A stretch of 64,000 nucleotides of DNA from contig CAKKNE010000003.1 in assembly GCA_918797485.1 (NCBI GenBank), positions 3,906,001 through 3,970,000 of the forward strand, read 5' to 3'. Shown piece by piece: positions 33,182 through 43,367 of the stretch (position 1 is the first letter of the stretch; the number at the start of each line of letters is the position of its first letter). This DNA is from Pelagomonas calceolata. Lineage: Eukaryota. The notes beneath the pieces were generated by a model. It had not been told where the DNA came from, made no database searches, and saw nothing but the letters and a program-made list of their open reading frames with translations. Position numbers and translations under genes: made by a program.

Positions 33182-34711
33182 ATGCCTGGGCAGCGGCTGC
33201 GCCTCGCGCTCGCCGCCATTTTTGCGGGCGCGCGCGCGCAGTGGCACATCTACCACTCCGACCGAAGCGCGGACAGCGTCTGCGCCCTGTGGCTGGAGTA
33301 CGTGCTCGCGCGCGCCTTCCCCAACGTGACTGGCAGCGCGTGCGTCTCGAGCTCCAACGGCCACCGCGACGACTGCCGGCGGGCGCCGCCGACGAACTTT
33401 AGCGTCTTCTTCGAGAAGGAGCCCGCCGACGGGCCCAGCATGAAGAAGCGGGCCGACGCGCACGACCTCGTCGTCACGAGCCTCGCCTCGACGCGGACGC
33501 CGCGGGCCGTCTACGTGCCGTGGGCGGCCCTCTCGTTCGTGTCACGCACGCAGCCGCCCGCGGCGCTGCTGCGCCCGGCGGGGGCGCCGGCGGAGGCCCG
33601 GACGAAGGCCGTGCTGTACCTGAACAAGCACCGGGTCTGGTACCGCGAGAATTTCGTCCGGGACCTGCGAGACGGGAACATTCCCGTGGTGAGCCGGGAC
33701 GACCTGCTGCGGAACGGGACGCTGAGCGACGTTCGCGCCGCGAACGTCAAGACGGAGGACGGCCGGCAGCTCTTCTTCGACGAGGCCGTCGAGGTGGCGG
33801 CGCGCTTCGACGTGCTCCTGGCGTTCGAAAACGCGGTAAAACCTGGGTGGGTCACGGAGAAGATCGTCAACGGGTTCCTCGCTGGCACGGTCCCCGCGTA
33901 CCGCGGCACCGACGACGTCTTCCGCTTCTTCAACCGGGAGGCGTTCATCCACTGCGCCTCGGCCGGGACGCGGTGCGAGGCGGCCATCCGCCGCGCGCTC
34001 GCCGACGGCGACGCGCTGCGCCGGCTGCGCGAGGCGCCGCCCGTGACCGCGGAGGGGTACGCGCGGTTGTTTCCGTGGCACGACACGGTCGCGGACGAAG
34101 CGTGGTATGCGAACGTACGGCGCATTCTGACCACGCCGCGGGAAGTCCGGGCCAAACGGGCCGACGGCGGCTCCTGCGCCCGCCCGACGCCGGACGACGC
34201 ATTGCTGCGCGCCTGGCGGGACGCCCTCGCCGAGGGACACGAGGGCACGTGCATGCGACGGCCGGCCGGGAGACGGTCGGCGAGGCCGCGCCGAGCGCCG
34301 CGCAAGCGGAGGCCAGAGTACTGCCCACGCCCGACGCCGGACGACGCATTGCTGCAAGCATGGCAGGATGCCCTCGCCGACCTCCCGGAGGACATGTGCG
34401 AGCGACCGCGGGAGAAGCGTCGGGCGCGCCGGACACCGAACAAGCGGCGGCAGGATATCTGCCCGCGGGTTGCGCCGGATGATGCGCTGCTGCAAGCATG
34501 GCGGGACGCGCTGACCAAGAAATCCGAAGGCGAAGGCGTGTGCAAGAATCGCCGCGGAAAGTCGACGGCACGGATCGCCCAGGAGAAGATCCACCAGAAG
34601 TTCGGCCGCGTGGCCCTGGCGGATAAGCGGAGACACGCCGACCGCATCGCGGCGAAGGCCAACCTCTACGCCCGAGGCGCGCGCATCAGAGACAGCGCGA
34701 AAGGCAGGTGA
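33182..34711 (+). CDS. Alpha-1,3-fucosyltransferase (GT10) with three C-terminal repeats
   Basis: FDVLLAFENAVKPGWVTEKIVNGFLAGTVPAYRG is the GT10 motif. N-terminal signal peptide. Confidence 0.85.
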   Translation: MPGQRLRLALAAIFAGARAQWHIYHSDRSADSVCALWLEYVLARAFPNVTGSACVSSSNGHRDDCRRAPPTNFSVFFEKEPADGPSMKKRADAHDLVVTSLASTRTPRAVYVPWAALSFVSRTQPPAALLRPAGAPAEARTKAVLYLNKHRVWYRENFVRDLRDGNIPVVSRDDLLRNGTLSDVRAANVKTEDGRQLFFDEAVEVAARFDVLLAFENAVKPGWVTEKIVNGFLAGTVPAYRGTDDVFRFFNREAFIHCASAGTRCEAAIRRALADGDALRRLREAPPVTAEGYARLFPWHDTVADEAWYANVRRILTTPREVRAKRADGGSCARPTPDDALLRAWRDALAEGHEGTCMRRPAGRRSARPRRAPRKRRPEYCPRPTPDDALLQAWQDALADLPEDMCERPREKRRARRTPNKRRQDICPRVAPDDALLQAWRDALTKKSEGEGVCKNRRGKSTARIAQEKIHQKFGRVALADKRRHADRIAAKANLYARGARIRDSAKGR

Positions 34712-34809
34712 TAGTAGTGTAAGTTAGACTCAATTGTTAAGGAGCATCCTTTGAGAGTTCATGCGCGGAACGGAGCCGCGCGGTCGATCGATCGGGCAAG
34801 TCACAAATT

Positions 34810-37800
34810 TCAGCTCGTGCGCGCGCGGAGGCGCTGGACGTCGGCGTCGAAGCGCCGGATCGCCGCGGCGTGGACGCGGCGGTCGATCGCGTTCATCGTC
34901 TCCAGTGCTTCGCGCTGCGACGCTGGGACAGGTGTCGGACTCGGCCTCGCTCCAACCGGGAGCACTCGCTCGATCGCGCCGTCGCTCCAGCCGAGCGTCG
35001 CCGTTACGAGGTCCGCCGTCGCCGCGTCACCAAGGCGCTCGAAGACCAGCACGAGGTCGAAGCGTTGGAGCGCGACGAGCGCAGCCCGGAGCGTCTCGTC
35101 CGGAGCGTCTCGTACGGCCGCTGCGTCCGCGCGGAGCCGTCGAGGCGCCTGGCGCAGCGCTATCGGCCCAAACTCGCCCCCCAGCAGCATGCGCGCCGTC
35201 AGGTCGGCCTCGGCCTCGCCGAAGGCGATTACGTCCGCGCACGGGCCGCCGTCGCACCTACCTCCACCGCCGCCGTGGAAGCGGTACGAGCTGAGCGTGC
35301 AGTTGACGGGGTCGCGGACTATGACGACAAACGCCACGCCGCGCGCGGCGGCGACCGCCTCGAGCACGGGCGGCGCGAGGAACTTGTGCTCGGTCGAGCC
35401 GAAGCCGATGCCGCGCGCCTGCAACCGGCGCAGGCCCCCCAACACGCCGTCCGCCTGTGTGGAAATCAAATTTTACGGCGCGTTCGTGCTGAATCGTCGC
35501 GTCGTCCTTCACGCCATCGACGCGACGCCTGCTCGATGGCGTGGCGATGCCGGTTCCTCGCCGCTCGACCGAGCCAGGACGGCCGCGTCATTGCCGAGAA
35601 ATGACTTAGTGAAGAATTGTCGGGTGTACCCGACGCACTGGTTGATTTCCACACAGCCGTCCGCGGACGCCAGGTCCAGTCTCTCCGCCCCCAACTCCAG
35701 GTGCCCGTGCGTCTCCGGCTCGTGCGGCGCCAGCCGAAGCCCATTTCGCAGTGCGAGAGAACAGAACGAAGTCCCGGCGGCCTTGTGGATGTGGAGTAGC
35801 CAGACGAAGCGCCCGGTAACGGGCGGCACGGCGTCCAGGTCGCTGCTCTCCGGGGCGCTCCAGGTCTGGTCGCCGCACCAGTAGCGATGCTTCGCGCACG
35901 CGTCGCGACGCCGCTCGGCCGCCGCACCCGGGGGAAAGTGCGCCGCCCACTCGTCGACGTCGTCCCACGGCTCGAGAAGTACGCCGGCCACCCTCGCCGG
36001 CTCGGGCAGCGCCTGCGTGCAGAGCCGGACCGCGCATAAGCTCCGCAACGCGCGTCTCGCCGCGGCCCGCAGATCATCCCTGGTCACGATCCCGTTTCCG
36101 ACCTTCGCTGCGCGGGCGGCCGCGCGCGCCACGCAACCGGCGGGCTCCTCGCGCGGCCGGCACCTGTGTGGATCAAATTTTACGGCGCGTTCGTGCTGAA
36201 TCAACGCGTCGTCCTCCACGCCATCGACGCGACGCCTGCTCGATGGCGTGGCGATGCCGGTTCCTCGCCGCTCGACCGGGCCAGGACGGCCGCGTCATTG
36301 CCGAGAAATGACTTAGTGAAGAATTGTCGGGTGTACCCGACGCACTGGTTGATTTCCACACAGGTCGGCACGTGTAGGTGGACCCCGGCGTCAGTTCCAG
36401 GACGACGCTCTGCCCCGGCAACGCCGCACAGCTCGTGTTGCCTCGGCAGAGTAGCGTGGCGATGTCTTCTGCCCGCGCCCGCCGGTAGTCCCGCGTCGCC
36501 CCGGCGTGGAGCTCGTCGGCGACGTCGACGCCGACGCTCCGCGGCCAGTCCCACGGCGACACGGAGAATTTCTCGCCGTCGTAGTCGAGCCGCGACGACC
36601 ACCCGTCCTTCTGGAGTTTCGCCCCGCGGCAGCCTTCCGGGCGCTGGTCGCAGAACCACTTTATGGATTCATAGAACGAGTTGTCGTCCACGATTCGGCC
36701 CGTCGTCGCCCGTATGTCGCGCGCCACGGCAGCGACGGCCGCCGGCGGCCACTCCCATGGCTCCATCGTCGCGACGCCGGCTGGCAGGAGAGCGAGCGTC
36801 TGCCGTGGGCCGGGCCGCGCCTCCTCTGCGGAGCACCGCCTCCTTTCGCAGATATTGGCCACGAGCGTGCGATACAGCGCGTTTGGCGTAGCCACGCCGT
36901 GCTTGGCCGCCTCGCGCGCGGCGTGCGCCGCCGCCAGGCGCGCGCTCCGGTAGATGGGCACCTTGACGGTGATCGCGAGCCCGTCCTCGTTGCTCTCGAT
37001 GTCGACGGTAAAGCTCAACTGCTCGCCAAGCGGCCGCGCCGCGACTGCGCCGGCGTCGATAGCTGCCTGGTACCACGCCCGGACCGCGTCGTCGGAAACT
37101 TCATGCCCAGCGCGGTCAGCGGCCTGCGCGAAGCGCTCGACGCTGTCCGCGGCCGTCTCGTTCGGCAGCGGCCGCATCGTACCAATTGACGGCACGTCGA
37201 TGGACCATGTCTTCTGCTGCCTGGTGGTGCCGACGCGATCTCGCGGCCCGCCGAAGCGCGGGACCGGGTGGGCCTCGGTCGTCAGCACCCACTCCGCCAA
37301 AGGCAGGAGCTCGTCGCCGCCGTCCGCATCATCAAAAATCAGGTAGAAATATTTGAGCGTCTCCGAGAGAAACCACGAGTCCATCTTGTCCACGCGCGCC
37401 GGCGTCTGCTTGTGGATCTGGCCAAGCGCAGCAAAGCCGCCGCCGTCGATGGCCGCGTGCCTTTGTAGAGCGTCCCAGATCCGCGCCGCGGCGGTGACCC
37501 ATTTTTGCTTGCGCGTGGCCCGGTACATCCAAAATAAGCTCTCGACGGTCTCGGGCCGAAGGAGGTGCCGCGACGGGCCGAGCTTGACGGAGCCGTCGTC
37601 GTTCACGTGCCAGGCCTCCGGGGCCAGGTTCGTCGGCGTCGCGTCGTAGGCCGCGACGCAGGCGTCTAGCAGCTTCTCCGCGAGGGGCAGGACCGACGAC
37701 GCGACCCGAGGATCCGCGAGCGCCTCCAGCGCTCGCAAGCCCGGCCAAAAACAAGCTAAATGCGTGGCCCGATTCCCGAGCGTCTCGTTCTTCTCGATGT

Positions 37801-38794
37801 CGGCCATGAACGTCGTCGGGCCGCGCACATTTATTAAATTTGCATCCACTGCGTCCACGGCATCGCTCCACGTTCTCGGCGGTCTGCCGCTCCCGCCCTC
37901 CTGGAGCCAGCCCTTGAGCAGGTACTCGTAGTACGAGTCGACACCCGAACCGACGGTGAGCTTCGCCTGGTCCCCGAACACGAACTGCGCGGCGCAGCCG
38001 CTCGAGGTCATCTTGAGCTTCGAAGGCGCGAGGCCCTTGACGCGTCCGGTGGCCTTTCCGAGCGCTTGCCAGGAGCGCATCGCTAGTTCCTCCAGGTCGG
38101 GTCGGCCCGCCAGGCGCGCCACGGCCCGGAACTCGAGCAGCAGCGTGCCGGCGGGCGCCGTCCCGCAGGTCGCACCGGTTGCGGGTGATACAATCCCGTC
38201 CCGGAGAGAAGCGAGGCCCCGGAACGGGATTCCCGATGGAGACGCCGAGAGAGCTGGAGCTAGAGCATCGGCGAAGGTCTCGGCGGCGTCGAGTAAGCGC
38301 TCGTCGCCTGATAAAGAGTAGGCGCTCACCAGCCCGCCCAGCACGCGTATGGTGGTCTCAAAGACGTCCACGAACTTGCCGCCCGCGATTTCAAAGGGAT
38401 CAAAGGACTCGGCGACGTGATCGGCCGCCTCTGCGAACTCGTCGCGGAGCCCCAGCACCCAGAGCGTCGACATGGCGTCGATGAGCGTGACTCCGAGGGC
38501 TGGTTGCGTCCAGTTGTGCGTCGCGTTGGACACGGGCCGCAACTCGTCGGAGCCCCAGGCGTGGCGCTTGTAGTGCTCGAAGCTTCGTTTCGTGGCGGCG
38601 ACGACCTGGGCCCGGCGCGCGGCAAACTCGGCGGAAGCACTGGGCATCACGCCATCCGGATCTATCACGCCCGGCGCCCGGGCCGGGAGTTGGAGCGGCG
38701 AGCTGCCGAGCGCCTGGTCGAGGTCGTCCAAATAGATAAGGTTCGGCGCTGCCCACGCATAGATGGGCAGCAGAAGGAGGGGCAGCGCAATCAT
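34810..38794 (-). CDS. GH47 alpha-1,2-mannosidase fused via Cys-containing repeats to a C-terminal sulfotransferase domain (introner introns 36164-36371 and ~35455-35664)
   Basis: GH47 motifs: AWGSDELRP, FETTIRVLGGL, DSYYEYLLK, HLACF, LLRPETVES, DSWFLSETLKY, TTEAHP. Sulfotransferase motifs: LHIHKAAGTS and VRDPVNCTLSSY. Removing both elements plus one TSD each gives one 1188-aa frame. Confidence 0.82.
35455..35656 (-). mobile_element. Introner element copy 1 (202 bp)
   Basis: 15-bp TIR CTGTGTGGAAATCAA/TTGATTTCCACACAG and perfect 8-bp TSD CCGTCCGC. It interrupts a coding frame and supplies the 3' AG. Confidence 0.93.
36164..36363 (-). mobile_element. Introner element copy 2 (200 bp)
   Basis: Near-identical to copy 1. 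TSD is GCCGGCAC/GTCGGCAC, and the GT donor is the first 2 nt of the TSD on the minus strand. Confidence 0.93.
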
Positions 38795-39222
38795 CGCCTG
38801 CCCTCGCGCATTCATGCGGATACCATCGCGCTGGGGATTTCGGCTTGCGAGCAGCGCGAGTCCGAGAGTGTCCGAGACTCGTGACATCGAGATGAACCCG
38901 AACCTCGAACCCGACGTATCCTCGGAGCGTCAACAGGCTAATTCATTCTAGTTAGAGGTAAGGAAAGATAGCGCAGAATGTTACTCCCACGAAGAGCGCG
39001 ACCTCCCCGCCCCCAGCCGCGCGCCGCCCACGACGAACTGTGACTCTCGACCGTATGACTCTTCTTGCTTCTACTACTAAGTATTCGCGTCGTCATTACC
39101 TCTAGATATCACCTATTTTCGCTCGCGCTGTTCTGATGCGCGCGCGTCCGGAACGGCGCGACCGGAGGGAGCTAGTTGTATTCAACATCTGTGCGGCCCT
39201 ATGGTTTTCTTAGACCCGCTCC

Positions 39223-40302
39223 CTAGTCGACGTCCCCCCGCACTAAGCCTGGCCGGGCTTTCAGGTAGGCCTCGATGGCGGGGAGGATTTGATCGGTTCG
39301 GCACGCGATCAATCCAGCGACGATTTCCGGCGTGGCGGCGTCGCCTAAAGCGCCCACCACGACGCCGGCGGCGACAGCGGCGCTCGCGGCTCGCGGCACC
39401 TGGTGGAACTGGAGCCAGGTGCCCAGCTGGCCGACGCCCTGGCCCCCGATCGCGTTGACGAAGAGCCGGAGGTCCGCCGCGAAGGACGTCGACATGAGCT
39501 TGCGATATTGGGTATTTGATAGCCGCCGCCGAGTCCTTCGATTCCACCGCCTGAAGATCCTCCTAAAAGTCGCGTCGGCCTTCGCGATTCGACCGGGCTC
39601 GCCGCTCATGAAAGTGAGCGCCTCCCAGAGCACTCTATTTGGCAGCTGAGCAAGCAGTGCGAGACCCCACTCTTTGAGCAGCGCGCGATCCTGGTCCAGG
39701 TCGCCCGTGAGCAGGCCGAGCTTCTGCAATATCAACATCGTGGCCGGGAAAACGACCCAATTGGCGCAATTCTGCGCGAGACCCTGCAAAAGCAACAGAA
39801 ATGGAATGAGCTTGACCATGCTAAAGCTCGGGATGACTGCGGTCATCTCCGATTGGATCGTCGCGGCAAAAAATGTCGTGACATCATCGTCGCCGCACGC
39901 CGGAGCTATTCGCAGCGCCTGCCGCACGAGAGCCAGCGTCGGCTCCTCGGCGGCGACTTCATTAACTAAAGCGGCGCGTGCCGCTGGACCCGCCTCGTCG
40001 AAGGCGCGCGGGTCCTTTGCCCGCGCGACGGTCTCTCGGAGCGTCTCGTTCTCGCTCAAATCGCCCCGCAGTGCCACAATGATGCGTTGCGTCGCGCCGC
40101 CGGTAAATTCCGCGATGCGGGCCCGGAAACCCTGGTTCGCGCCGCCGCCGCTCTTCGCGCGTAGGTAGTCTCTGAGGGTGATTTGTACCGAGTGCCGGCC
40201 GGCCAAAACGGACACGTTTAGCGGCCTGCTTACCAGACGTAACAGACGTGCGACACCAGAGGCGCCAAAGTCACCGGAATTCGCCTTGCGGCGGCCGGAC
40301 AT
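39223..40302 (-). CDS. Hypothetical 359-aa helical protein with hydrophobic segments
   Basis: ATG ORF with protein-like composition. No family recognised. Confidence 0.6.
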   Translation of the reverse strand: MSGRRKANSGDFGASGVARLLRLVSRPLNVSVLAGRHSVQITLRDYLRAKSGGGANQGFRARIAEFTGGATQRIIVALRGDLSENETLRETVARAKDPRAFDEAGPAARAALVNEVAAEEPTLALVRQALRIAPACGDDDVTTFFAATIQSEMTAVIPSFSMVKLIPFLLLLQGLAQNCANWVVFPATMLILQKLGLLTGDLDQDRALLKEWGLALLAQLPNRVLWEALTFMSGEPGRIAKADATFRRIFRRWNRRTRRRLSNTQYRKLMSTSFAADLRLFVNAIGGQGVGQLGTWLQFHQVPRAASAAVAAGVVVGALGDAATPEIVAGLIACRTDQILPAIEAYLKARPGLVRGDVD

Positions 40303-41238
40303 TTTTTTCAGGTTCAGGCAAACATATTGAGCTAGTTATGACCCACTAGATTTCACGCTCGACGCCCTCCTCTAGAGTTGTGGTTGGGCCGTATCGTTGT
40401 TCATCACCCGCAGTCGTGCTCATCACTCAGTGGCGCGCTGCGCTTCAATCGCTGCGGCTGCGCGGGCAACGCGGTGCGCCGTGCTGAGCCTCGCAAAAGG
40501 CGGAGACTCCTGGCGCCTGGCGGCCCGCGCGCGGCGCGACGCGTGCAAAGCGCCACCCCCCGGGCCCGCGCTCGGCCTCGGCCGTATGCTGAACGACTCG
40601 GCGCGCTCGCCGCAGCGGTACACGTCTCGCCGCTGCGCGCCGCCGCGGCCGTCGCGGCCGCGACCGCATCGATGGCGTCGGGCGGCTCGCGGGTCGCGCC
40701 CGAGCTGACGCCGGACGTCGCCGTTAACTTCTGATAGCGGGCCGCGCGGCTCGAAGCGGTGCGTCGATGCTTCGCGGGATGCGGCACACCACTGAAGTCT
40801 TGGAAGAGGCCAACTCGGATTAGATCCGGCCGAGACGCATACCTAGCTTTTGCGACATCATCTCGGAGACGCCGGCTGTCAGTGTGTACTCTATCTCGTC
40901 GTCCATGCACTACTACGACGACATCTGACCTCGAGACGATCTATCGTGGGCTCAGAGCGCGCCGATGTCGAGGGCCATCAAACACGCCAGTGTCCTAGCA
41001 TCCCGTGGCACGCTACTAACGTTCCGAGGGTGCCGTTCTCGGGGGCTACGACAATCACCAGCCCCGTCGCGCTTGCAAAAGAAGCGTCAGCCGCGTCGTC
41101 GCTCGGGGTTTCTAATATAGCTAGTCGTGGCCCGTAGACCTGCTAGGACCGGTGGTGGTGCGCGCGCGCGGGCGCCGGCCTGCGAGAGGCTCTGGCATGC
41201 AATTGTCGCTCTCCGTACGCGGCTCCCCGGTGCCAAAA

Positions 41239-43323
41239 ATGAGCCGGAGACGCTGCGACTGCAACGGCCCCGTCGAGGCTTCAGCATTTGGAGCTTTCGT
41301 CCCGGATCTGAAGACTCTAAGCATCACACTGCCGTCCCTGCAGCCGCTGAGCGCCGCGCACGACTGGGATTACTGGCCGTTCGGCGCGCGATGCGAACGC
41401 GAGTACTACGCGCTAGAAGCGAGCGGCAGCCTCATGCAGATGGACGCATACGAGCGCGCGGACCTGCAGGAGAGCATGCCGTCGATCTGCGGCCTGGACG
41501 GCCGCCAGCTGGAGCTGGTCCTGAAGCAGTACGCTGGGACGAAAGCGTTTAGATACGCGGCCGCAAGGATGCCGGACTGGTTCCGGCAGATGTGCCACAC
41601 GGGCGCGCTGGTGCCGTACGTCGCCGGCGAGGAGGTCGCGCACGCCGCCGCGCGGCCGTCGCCGCCCGCGAGAAGGGCGCCCGCCGCGGCGCCGCCGCGG
41701 AGACGAATACTGCGCGGCGGCACGCGGCGGCCGCCGGCGGCGCCGGTCCCGGCGGCCGTCGAGCCCGACGAGCCCGACGAGTCCGACAAGGACGACAAGA
41801 TCAACGTGAGAAGGCTGACGTTGGCGGACTACAACAAGCCGGGCGTCTCCATGGCCGACAAGGACGCGAGACTAATAGCTTTATTGGATGCGTGTCGAGA
41901 GGGCGTGTTCGGCGAGGAGCTCCGGGACTGCGACGTGCGCATGGACTGCGTGGTGGCGCGGGGCTACCCGCTCGGCGTGGACGTGAAAAGACGACGTAAA
42001 ATTTTCGGCACCGACCCGCACGCCGACCAGTTATTGCTGGACGCGGGCTTCGTGCGAGTTGGTGCGAGATGCCCTGCGGCGAGGGCGGACGAGGCGCTCG
42101 AGCGGTACGGGCCGGTGCTGCGGGACGCGGCAAAGCGCGGGCTCGCGTTTGGGTCGTCGCGATCGGCGAAGATGACGGAGCTTAGGAAGGCCATCTGCTG
42201 GTTGAGAGAGCGGGTAAAGAATGCGCGTGCGTCGGACGACGTCGTCCTCGAGCTCGCCAAGGAGCTGGGCAAGCTGGCGCCGGAGGACGCGAAGGGCGGC
42301 CGGTGGGGCACCGAAGTTTACTGGGCGCACTACTACGCGGACCAGGCGCGCGCGGTGCTCGCTCGCGCAAACGAGGAGGACGAGGAGGAGGCCGCCGAAG
42401 CAGTTTCGGCGACGCCGCGGCCGCGGCCGCGGCCGCGGCGCGCCGCCTCGGGACTGGCGCCCGCGGTCGTCGAGAGCAGCGACGACGAGGACGTCGCAAC
42501 GCCGCCGACGGACGACTACGAGGACGAATTTGACGCCGCGCCCGCGGCTCGGCAGACGCGGAAGCGGGCGGCCACGAACACGGGCGACGGCGGGGATGAC
42601 GCGACGACCGGGGCGCCGCGAGCACGGCGGCGGCGAGACACGGACGTGCCCGACGCGTCCGACGTCAAGAAGAAGATCGACCCGACGAAGCTGACGAAGA
42701 AGGACTGGAACCGGCGCCTCCCCATGGACCAGAAGGAAGAGATCCTCGTGGCGTGTTTAGAGGCGATACGAGCGGGCGAGATCCCCGACGTCGAGGACTG
42801 CGACGTGCGCCAGAACTGCGTGCTGTCGGGCGGCTACGAGCTCGGCATGCACATGAAGCGCCGACGTCTGATCTGGGGCTCCGACCCGGACGCCGACCAG
42901 AGATTGCTGGACGCGGGCTTCGTGCGAGTTAGCGCGAGAGGCAACGTTGCGAGGGCGGACGAGGCGTCCGAGCTGCACGCGCCGGTGCTGCGGGCCGCGG
43001 CGGCGCGCGGGGACGGGTCGTACGCGACGACGGAAATTAAGGACAGCGTCACCTGGTTGGGAAGGAAGGTAAGGGAAGCCTCGCGCGCGTCCGATGTGGC
43101 CGACAACGTCTACCTCGAGCTCGCCAAGGAGCTGGGCAAGCTGGCGCCGAAGAAAGCGAAGGGCGGCCGGTACGGCACCGACGTTTACTGGGCGCACTAC
43201 TACGCGGACCAGGCGCGCGCGGTGCTCGACGGCGAGGACGCGGCGCCGCTGGTTCCGAAGAAGCGGAAGCGGGCCGCGGCGCGCGCGAAGCCGGTCAAGA
43301 AGCGGTCGGGGCGGCGGCGCTAG
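41239..43323 (+). CDS. Probable nuclear protein with a duplicated ~180-aa domain (helicase-associated HA-like motif)
   Basis: Two copies of DCDVR..CV...GY.LG...KRRR.I.G.DP.ADQ.LLDAGFVRV...ELAKELGKLAP..AKGGR.GT.VYWAHYYADQARAVL, plus basic NLS-like tracts. Confidence 0.7.
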   Translation: MSRRRCDCNGPVEASAFGAFVPDLKTLSITLPSLQPLSAAHDWDYWPFGARCEREYYALEASGSLMQMDAYERADLQESMPSICGLDGRQLELVLKQYAGTKAFRYAAARMPDWFRQMCHTGALVPYVAGEEVAHAAARPSPPARRAPAAAPPRRRILRGGTRRPPAAPVPAAVEPDEPDESDKDDKINVRRLTLADYNKPGVSMADKDARLIALLDACREGVFGEELRDCDVRMDCVVARGYPLGVDVKRRRKIFGTDPHADQLLLDAGFVRVGARCPAARADEALERYGPVLRDAAKRGLAFGSSRSAKMTELRKAICWLRERVKNARASDDVVLELAKELGKLAPEDAKGGRWGTEVYWAHYYADQARAVLARANEEDEEEAAEAVSATPRPRPRPRRAASGLAPAVVESSDDEDVATPPTDDYEDEFDAAPAARQTRKRAATNTGDGGDDATTGAPRARRRRDTDVPDASDVKKKIDPTKLTKKDWNRRLPMDQKEEILVACLEAIRAGEIPDVEDCDVRQNCVLSGGYELGMHMKRRRLIWGSDPDADQRLLDAGFVRVSARGNVARADEASELHAPVLRAAAARGDGSYATTEIKDSVTWLGRKVREASRASDVADNVYLELAKELGKLAPKKAKGGRYGTDVYWAHYYADQARAVLDGEDAAPLVPKKRKRAAARAKPVKKRSGRRR

Positions 43324-43367
43324 GGCGTCTCTGTACTGTCTATAAGAATATTGGCAAACACGTCTAG

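Noticed and set aside
35455..36363. Repeats as CRISPR array or prokaryotic IS
   Set aside because: They are dispersed 200-bp TIR/TSD elements within eukaryotic exons. There is no repeat-spacer periodicity, no cas gene and no transposase.
36166..36891. ORFs sharing the peptide FYGAFVLNRRVVLHAIDATPARWRG (also 34751-35884 and 51938-52294)
   Set aside because: They are translations of the introner antisense strand, not a protein family.
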